From a virus (taxonomy: Duplodnaviria > Caudoviricetes): DNA of 64,000 nucleotides. A program made the translations under genes and the position numbers. Every line of letters starts with the position of its first letter. Position 1 is the stretch's first letter. Location: IMG/VR virus record IMGVR_UViG_3300020048_000077, positions 24,997-88,996 of that record; one strand, written 5' to 3'. Of this stretch, positions 57,220 through 64,000 are shown one piece after another. The notes under the pieces are model-generated. The model had not been told where the DNA came from. It saw nothing but the letters and a program-made list of their open reading frames with translations, and did no database searches.

Positions 57220-60200
57220 ATGGAACCGATAGCGAACGATCCTATATTGGATGCAGCACTTGCACAATTTGATCCCATTACTCCAAAAAATGCGATTCAG
57301 ACAGGGTCCCCAGTAGATGAGGATGCTCTTAAATCCTTTCTTGAAGGTGAAGGAGGTAAACAACTTCTACATGAAGATGTCCTTCAGGAAGGAAAAGCAA
57401 TGCGGGAAGCAGCTACGCCCCTTGTTACGAATCTCGGAAGATATCTTTCAGATGATTTCGGAGAATACAAGCAGGATTGGAAAGCGACAAATACTGAACA
57501 GCTTTTCGATCTTCCTGAACACAGAGGTCAGACCCAGTCCACCTTCGACAAGTGGGCCAACGGGCATTTGAAGTTCGTAGGAAAGACCGGTATCAATATT
57601 GCAGGAAGTATTGCAGGCGTTGCTTACGGACTGATTACAGCTCCATCAGGCGGATTCGGTAGAGTGTGGGACAACGAAGTTCTACATTCACTTGATGCAG
57701 CCAATGCGTGGATGGATGGAAAGCTTCCTAACCACTATACAAGAATGGAAAAGGAGAAAGGACTCTTTGACCAACTTGGAACAATGAACTTCTGGGCGGA
57801 CAAATACCTCAACGGTCTGAGCTTTCTTGCAGGTGCAGCATTGACAGAAGTGCTCGCATCCTTCGGTGGTCCCATGGCATTGGCAGGTAATACTGCACGT
57901 CTTACAGGACAGGCATCACGTATGTTCAAGACAATGCGTGGGGTATCGGCAACTTCCAAAATGGCAACAATAAACACAGCTGCGAACGTAGCTAAATGGA
58001 CCGACAGGATCGATGACACATTCGTATTGGCAAGACAAGTGGCAACAGGTGCCGGATATGAAGCAGGAGTTGAAGCAAGGCATTCCTATGAAACTGTAAG
58101 GGACAACCTGATCTCAAACGAGATCGGAGAACTTGTAACAAGTACTGAGGAAGCGCTTGGAAGATCCCTTTCTCTTGAAGAAAAAGCAGAGCTTCTTACA
58201 CCTGAGCAGAAGAGAAAGATAGATGAACGTGCCACGTCAGTATCAAATGCGGTATTCCTTGGAAACCTTGCACTTGTAGGTACAAGTAACCTTCTTATGC
58301 TTCCAAAACTGTATGGAATGGGAGTATCAAAGGCCATGGCCACACTTCCAAAACCTGTTACAGCGCTTGACAAGGTAGCTTCCAAAGCAGGACTTGGAGC
58401 AAGAGGAGCGGACAATCTCCGTGTGGCCGGAAAGATGGTAGGAAGAGGTCTCTATGAAGGAGTAATTGAGGAAGGTGGACAGGGAATGCTTCATCTGGCT
58501 GCAGAGGATTATGCCCTTGTACAGGGATTGAACAGTGACGGATCCTTTTCAGACATGATGAGTTCTGCAGCTCAAGGATTCTCAGAGAGCTTTGGAGAGA
58601 AGGAAGGGCAGACCGATATAATGATCGGTACCATGATGGGATTTACAGGTCTTCCAGTAGGAGGAATGTCCACATTCTCACAATCAAAGAAGGACGTGGA
58701 TGAACGCAGATCGATCATAGATCTCGTTGCCAAGATGGAAAAGGACAATCCGAGCCTTCTCAATTCCATACGGAACAATGCCTTGTTCTTTGACAACGTT
58801 CTCAAACGTTCCACATTGTACGATGAGGCTCTTGACCGAGGAGATATCCATACTACGAAGAATATTGAATTCGATGACTTCTTCGACTTTGTACATGCCA
58901 AACTCCAGACCGGTCAGTTTGAGGATATTGCAGATCAGACAAAGGAGATCCTTGCCATGAGTAATGAGGAGTTCATAGCGTTCGCAAATGATCCCACTCT
59001 TACAGTGGAAAAGGCAGGTGAGCGCAAAGTAGAGGTGGCAAGACGTGTAGTGGAAAGAGCGAACAGGATCAAAGAGGCCACTGAGAAGGTTGACAGCAAT
59101 CTACGATTGACAGAGGCTGAGAGACTCCTGGATCCAAAATCCAACATGTCCAAGGCCAATCTTAGACGTCAGCTCATACATGCAATTTCAACCACCTACA
59201 ATATTGATGAAAGAGAGAGTGATATGATATCACAGCTTTCCAAACTCACAGGAGGTAAAGTGAAAGGTACAGACTTCGATGTGGATACCATTGAGTACGA
59301 GGAAGATGGAGAGACAAAGACTGTCAAGATCGGTGAATTCTCCAAAGGCAGAAGTCTCATGGACACCCGGGAGGAACTTACTGATAGGATTGAGAAGATC
59401 TCAAAGGCTGAACAGACTCCTGAGACTGAAAAAGCATTGAGTTCTCTCCGAAGTAAGTTGAGGAATGCAGATTCTCTCATCCAGATACACGGTCCGGCAG
59501 CAGCTGTGACCGAAGAAGAGTTCGAAGAAATCTTCAAAAAGAACGATGCTGAACTGAAAGCATGGATATCTGAGAATCCTGAACAGGCGGATGTGAATGC
59601 GAAAGAAGTAGCAGAACTTCTGTCAGATCTTCGAAAGGTGAGATCACGTAGACAGGCTGCAGCCCGTAACTACAAGCTTCTACTGGATCCTAAGACACGA
59701 TTCAAAGAACTTCAAAGACGAGAGGCTCAGATAAAACAGATCCAAGCTCTTCAAACAAATGAGACTGAAGCTGTAAAAGCTGAGAAAAAGGAAGCTGTAA
59801 AGAAGGAGACTGAGAAGAAACTGATCTCAGTGGAAAAATTCAAAGAGAAGCTCGGCCGTCTGAAAGAGAAGAAACTGAATCAACTTGAAGATCTGAATGC
59901 CGGCATTGTGAATGTCACGGCTGAAATGGAGGCGCTTCAGAAAGAACTGGAAGAACTTGTAGAACAGGCCAAGAAAGGAAAACCTATCAACCGTAAAGGC
60001 AAGAAAGGAAGACTTTCGAGAGAAGAGGTCACAGCTCTGATAAATGAGGTATCTGATCTCATCACAATAGGAAACGATTATGTTTCCAAGTACCAGGCCA
60101 AGATAGACGACATCAATGAGATGATCGTGATCATGGATGAGTTTGAAAAGAACACTCCTGATCTTTCCTTTTACACTGGAAAGGCAGAGGAATTGTTCGA

Positions 60201-63200
60201 AGATGCACTCATAAAGACCATTACATCTGAAGAAGCTCAAGGTCTACGTGACCTTGTGGAGATATATACCAGTGAACAGGCCGCTCTGACAGAGAAGATC
60301 AAGATCCTTGAGGATCTTCGATCTTTTCTTGAGGAGGAACTGCTTAAAGCACTGGAGAACAATCAACTGGGAATTGCAGAATCAACCAAGGAGAACATAG
60401 CTGAGGTCGCATACGGATTATCAGTACTGCAAGACCTACTGAAAGAAAAGACCGCTGAGAAAGATGCATACAATGAACTCCTTTCAGAAGCTGAGATCTT
60501 CAAAAAGCTGGAAGTTGTACGTGCCATTCTGAAGGTAAAGGAACCAAAGAGGCCTCCTACAGCATCTGATCTTCCATTCGAGGTGGCGGAAAGACTGCGT
60601 CTGAACGCGGACAGAGTTCCTAAGGACTATCCGAAGCCGGACATTGACATCCGATTTGAAACCACTGCAGGAAATCATCAAGATGCATTAGATACCTATG
60701 AGTACCTTAAGAAGAAACGTACCGAACTTACAGATGCGGAGAGAATCGATCTTCTGAGAGCTGAGGCTCAATTGAACTTCTTCAATTTCCTACACCGTTC
60801 CGATCCGAATCAATACGATGTGGCAGTCATACATAGAGGAAATATACCTGCAGAATTCAATAATGAAGATCTCAGAGGAATGTTCTTCACAGATGTTGAG
60901 AAGGACAACGATGATAAAGGTATGTACGCTGATATAAAACTTGTTCTGTTCCAAAGAAGCGAGTATGATGCCAAACTTAAAAAGTCCGTACCTGTAAATC
61001 GATTTGTACGAAGTGGAGAGGGAAATACCGGTCCGCTCGTTCTCGCATCTGTACTGGAGCCCACACTGCTTAAGTATAAGGAAGAAGAAGTATACTACAG
61101 GTCTACCAACAAGGATGAGCTTGATGAGACTGTGATAAGAGCACAACACGCAGCATGGAGAGCTGACAGACTTAAATCCACAGAGATCACACTTTACCCT
61201 GTAGTGGGTAAGTCCGTAGGAAGTATAGATTATGCTGAGGAAGCGGGAAATGCCTTGGGCAGGATCGTAGGATCTGCACAGACATTGAAGAATGTGAAGC
61301 TGTTCACTGCTACACACGTGAATGCACCTGGAAGTACAGTGGCACTTACAATCCCTGGAACTTCACAGCATGTGATGACATATCCAGGCCTTCTTTGGGC
61401 CTTTGACCAGATAAGACAACTGGCCATTCCTATGGTTGGAAGACTCCTAAATGAGGATGAGGCAACTGACATCTCCAGAATGATCCACCTTCTGTTGAAG
61501 AAAAGGTCTGAGTTCATAGCAGAACTTAAGGACGGAGAGGCAGGTTGGAAAAAGGCACAGGGATTTGAACTCGATGTGAATGGAGAAAAGGTGAATATCT
61601 ATGATGCCATTCACGATATGGTGTTCATAGGTTCAGATACCTACTTCAAAGGAAAGGAAGGAAAACAGTTCCAATTCAGATATGCTAAGAATGCGGCCGG
61701 AGAATGGGGATTCGTATTCGGAGAGAATGATACTTCGGTCACATTGGCCGATTTTGAATCAGGATCTGCAAATGCACAGCTTCTCACCGACTTCCTGCAG
61801 ACGAAATACCATAACTTCAACAATACCACCTCTAAGAAGGCTGTTGAAAGTGCACAGACCCATGAGGAGTACTCACCTAAGTGGAAGAGTACAGGGAACA
61901 AATGGGTAAAAGTGAGCCTTGACAGTGATCTCAAACCTACATCCAAGAGTGAGGTCTTTGATAACTACAATGAGTACCTTCTAAAAGGAACGAAGGATTC
62001 TGAGAAGGCGCCTTTCCAGACAAGAGTGAAGAAGATACTTCCAAAGGACTTTGATGATCCTACGACCATAAGGTTCATAGGTGGGTATTACCTGTTCAGA
62101 AAAGAGGTACGTAAAAAAGGAAGGAATCCTATCACTCTACAGGCACTCCGTGCTGTAAAACGAGCTGAAAGAAAGGTCACAGGTGAGGATAGACTTGCAG
62201 ATGCTGTAACTCAAGTGGCAAAAGCTGCAGACAGGATGATGGAACAGAGAGCAACTGATTTCGCAGACATACTCGAAAGGGTGGGAATGCGTGAACATGA
62301 GATATCTGAGCCTGAAGTTGTTGAGCCCACAGAAAGAGAATTTGACCCTGAAAGCGCAGCTGAGGAAGCAATAGAAAGAGAACTGAGCGGCAGAGAACCG
62401 GTAACTCCGGAATCTGTTCAAAGAATGCTTGAATTCCCTGTGGATGATGTTAAACCCACATCAGATGAACTGTCTGATGAGGACGAAGTGTTCATGCGGG
62501 AGACAAATGAACTTGGAGCCGGGTACATTTCAGAGACATATCCTGAGGAACTCAAGCGTGTACAAGGAATGGTCACACTGGACGTAGCAAGAGTTGGAGC
62601 TCTCCTATCCACAAAGGATGGAAAGGCTGTGGCACAACTTACCAGTTTTGGAAATGTTCTCATATCAGAACTCGCACCTGGAGGAGCATTGTACCATGAG
62701 GCATTTCACAATGTTTCACTGTTCATACTGTCAAAAGGAGATGTCAAGGCTCTCTACGATGAGGTAAGAGGTCGGTCTGGAAACACAACAACATACAAAG
62801 GAGAAGTAAAAGCTCTTTCCGAACTTACAGATAAGGAGGCAGATGAATGGCTGGCAGAGGAATTCCGAAGATTCATCCTATCTGATGGAACATACTTCCT
62901 TGGAAAGGATACTGTAGAGAAGAACATCATACAACAGTTCTTTGACTTTGTACGGGATATGCTCAGAGCTATGTTCAATCTGGACAATGTTTTCATGTTC
63001 GATCCTAATGTGAAAGGAATTGAAGGACTCTTTGAGGAAATTGCCAAGGGAAGGTTCAGAACAGCTCATCCTGACGTGTCAAGGGATATGTCAATATCTC
63101 CGGCAATGCTTGCAGATGAGATATCCGGAAACATTACTTCCAGCTACTCAAGGGATCTCGTATCCTCTCTTACGAACTACATGTTCAGATCTCTGGAATC

Positions 63201-64000
63201 AGATGCCTATAAGGCGGATGCAGAGAAGAACGGTGTGCGAGCATTGAAGATGACCGACATGTTCCTCATGAATCTTCCAGCATCAAAGGAAGGACTCGGA
63301 GCACCTCTTCTTCTTCTGTACAAGCATGCCTTCAACGGTATGATCCGGGACTATGACGCTCAGATAGCTGCAACTACCAACAAGGCAGAGAAGAGTGCCC
63401 TTACAGCCAAGAAGAAGATACTTAGTGACAACACTTCTGATGCTACAAAGGAAGATTCCAAGAAGCGTAGACAGCATATCTTCCAGACACACGTGGCATT
63501 CATGCGACAGTTCGGTCTAGAGATCGATGTGGAGGAAGGAAACGCGGACGAGAGTGAAGTGACATCACGTAACTGGGTGGATTCTGCTGCATCAATAGAA
63601 GTGAGTCCTACGGATTCCGCATCCAAGATGGTCAAGATCCTACTTGGAACACTTCCAAACAATGAGAAGGTGAATCTGACCGGTCTTAATGGTGTCTACG
63701 ATATGAGGGACGTGCTGAAGATCGCTCAGAACAGACTTCAGGGAAAGATGAAGTATGCCGATCAACTTGCAGCGCTCAATGAACTTAGGGAGGAGAAGAA
63801 ATTCCCATGGGCGGAAGACCTTCTCAACAGACTTCCGGATCATGCAACTGAAGGACATACGTTCGAGGACATTCAATTGCGTACACAGTTCACAGGGTGG
63901 GCCTCTCAATCCCATATAAAGCACCGTTCCGTGTTCATAGGGAACAATGGTCGTATCTATGACCTGGATCCGAATGAGGAAAGGATACTACGTGTAATAC
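57220..64000 (+). CDS. Giant virion protein (>2260 aa, truncated) with zincin-like domain; probably part of the ejected virion RNA polymerase complex
   Basis: Frame open from ATG 57220 wherever checked, to the window end; hydrophobic N-terminal helices; in-frame YHEAFH at 62692-62709 with downstream EWLAEEF; RNAP catalytic motif not inside the window. Confidence 0.75.
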   Translation, partial: MEPIANDPILDAALAQFDPITPKNAIQTGSPVDEDALKSFLEGEGGKQLLHEDVLQEGKAMREAATPLVTNLGRYLSDDFGEYKQDWKATNTEQLFDLPEHRGQTQSTFDKWANGHLKFVGKTGINIAGSIAGVAYGLITAPSGGFGRVWDNEVLHSLDAANAWMDGKLPNHYTRMEKEKGLFDQLGTMNFWADKYLNGLSFLAGAALTEVLASFGGPMALAGNTARLTGQASRMFKTMRGVSATSKMATINTAANVAKWTDRIDDTFVLARQVATGAGYEAGVEARHSYETVRDNLISNEIGELVTSTEEALGRSLSLEEKAELLTPEQKRKIDERATSVSNAVFLGNLALVGTSNLLMLPKLYGMGVSKAMATLPKPVTALDKVASKAGLGARGADNLRVAGKMVGRGLYEGVIEEGGQGMLHLAAEDYALVQGLNSDGSFSDMMSSAAQGFSESFGEKEGQTDIMIGTMMGFTGLPVGGMSTFSQSKKDVDERRSIIDLVAKMEKDNPSLLNSIRNNALFFDNVLKRSTLYDEALDRGDIHTTKNIEFDDFFDFVHAKLQTGQFEDIADQTKEILAMSNEEFIAFANDPTLTVEKAGERKVEVARRVVERANRIKEATEKVDSNLRLTEAERLLDPKSNMSKANLRRQLIHAISTTYNIDERESDMISQLSKLTGGKVKGTDFDVDTIEYEEDGETKTVKIGEFSKGRSLMDTREELTDRIEKISKAEQTPETEKALSSLRSKLRNADSLIQIHGPAAAVTEEEFEEIFKKNDAELKAWISENPEQADVNAKEVAELLSDLRKVRSRRQAAARNYKLLLDPKTRFKELQRREAQIKQIQALQTNETEAVKAEKKEAVKKETEKKLISVEKFKEKLGRLKEKKLNQLEDLNAGIVNVTAEMEALQKELEELVEQAKKGKPINRKGKKGRLSREEVTALINEVSDLITIGNDYVSKYQAKIDDINEMIVIMDEFEKNTPDLSFYTGKAEELFEDALIKTITSEEAQGLRDLVEIYTSEQAALTEKIKILEDLRSFLEEELLKALENNQLGIAESTKENIAEVAYGLSVLQDLLKEKTAEKDAYNELLSEAEIFKKLEVVRAILKVKEPKRPPTASDLPFEVAERLRLNADRVPKDYPKPDIDIRFETTAGNHQDALDTYEYLKKKRTELTDAERIDLLRAEAQLNFFNFLHRSDPNQYDVAVIHRGNIPAEFNNEDLRGMFFTDVEKDNDDKGMYADIKLVLFQRSEYDAKLKKSVPVNRFVRSGEGNTGPLVLASVLEPTLLKYKEEEVYYRSTNKDELDETVIRAQHAAWRADRLKSTEITLYPVVGKSVGSIDYAEEAGNALGRIVGSAQTLKNVKLFTATHVNAPGSTVALTIPGTSQHVMTYPGLLWAFDQIRQLAIPMVGRLLNEDEATDISRMIHLLLKKRSEFIAELKDGEAGWKKAQGFELDVNGEKVNIYDAIHDMVFIGSDTYFKGKEGKQFQFRYAKNAAGEWGFVFGENDTSVTLADFESGSANAQLLTDFLQTKYHNFNNTTSKKAVESAQTHEEYSPKWKSTGNKWVKVSLDSDLKPTSKSEVFDNYNEYLLKGTKDSEKAPFQTRVKKILPKDFDDPTTIRFIGGYYLFRKEVRKKGRNPITLQALRAVKRAERKVTGEDRLADAVTQVAKAADRMMEQRATDFADILERVGMREHEISEPEVVEPTEREFDPESAAEEAIERELSGREPVTPESVQRMLEFPVDDVKPTSDELSDEDEVFMRETNELGAGYISETYPEELKRVQGMVTLDVARVGALLSTKDGKAVAQLTSFGNVLISELAPGGALYHEAFHNVSLFILSKGDVKALYDEVRGRSGNTTTYKGEVKALSELTDKEADEWLAEEFRRFILSDGTYFLGKDTVEKNIIQQFFDFVRDMLRAMFNLDNVFMFDPNVKGIEGLFEEIAKGRFRTAHPDVSRDMSISPAMLADEISGNITSSYSRDLVSSLTNYMFRSLESDAYKADAEKNGVRALKMTDMFLMNLPASKEGLGAPLLLLYKHAFNGMIRDYDAQIAATTNKAEKSALTAKKKILSDNTSDATKEDSKKRRQHIFQTHVAFMRQFGLEIDVEEGNADESEVTSRNWVDSAASIEVSPTDSASKMVKILLGTLPNNEKVNLTGLNGVYDMRDVLKIAQNRLQGKMKYADQLAALNELREEKKFPWAEDLLNRLPDHATEGHTFEDIQLRTQFTGWASQSHIKHRSVFIGNNGRIYDLDPNEERILRVI

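Noticed and set aside
276-63924. Numerous short antisense or overlapping ORFs in the supplied track
   Set aside because: They are shadows of long genes on the opposite strand, with no motifs or operon coupling
1-64000. Stop-codon reassignment (TAG or TGA), as in some crAss-like phages
   Set aside because: Long genes are uninterrupted in code 11, TAG and TGA end genes, and no suppressor tRNA was found

Overview
About 64 kb of a crAss-like (Crassvirales) phage genome, probably infecting an aquatic Bacteroidota host, read in the standard genetic code. The left arm (1-20.7 kb, minus strand) is the replication/early module: SF2 helicase, family A DNA polymerase, ATP-dependent ligase, a repeat-mosaic protein, an AAA ATPase, a PurA-like + VWA + coiled-coil cassette, a nucleoside-deoxyribosyltransferase-like protein and many small ORFans. 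These are interleaved with a dense set of RNA elements. A divergence region with A/T tracts at about 20.8-21.0 kb separates it from the right arm (21.4-64 kb, plus strand): lysis cassette, tRNA-Pro, HU/IHF-like protein, terminase, portal, major capsid protein, ring/tail/muzzle proteins, cargo proteins and a giant virion protein (>2260 aa, cut off by the window end) with a zincin motif. The most striking features are non-coding. (1) A ~385-nt intergenic RNA reproduces the 23S rRNA GTPase-associated centre, with the H43 and H44 halves ~310 nt apart, a compensatory tertiary pair and an H23/H24-like segment in between. (2) A circularly permuted tRNA mimic has YrlA/Y-RNA architecture. (3) A tRNA-like RNA carries a 74-nt variable region. 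(4) There is a further ~520-nt structured ORF-free region. (5) tRNA-Ile(UAU) and an atypical tRNA-Arg(UCU) are present. Three of the tRNA/tRNA-like genes share an upstream GAAAGA hairpin. rRNA and family comparisons were made from memory, not by database search.
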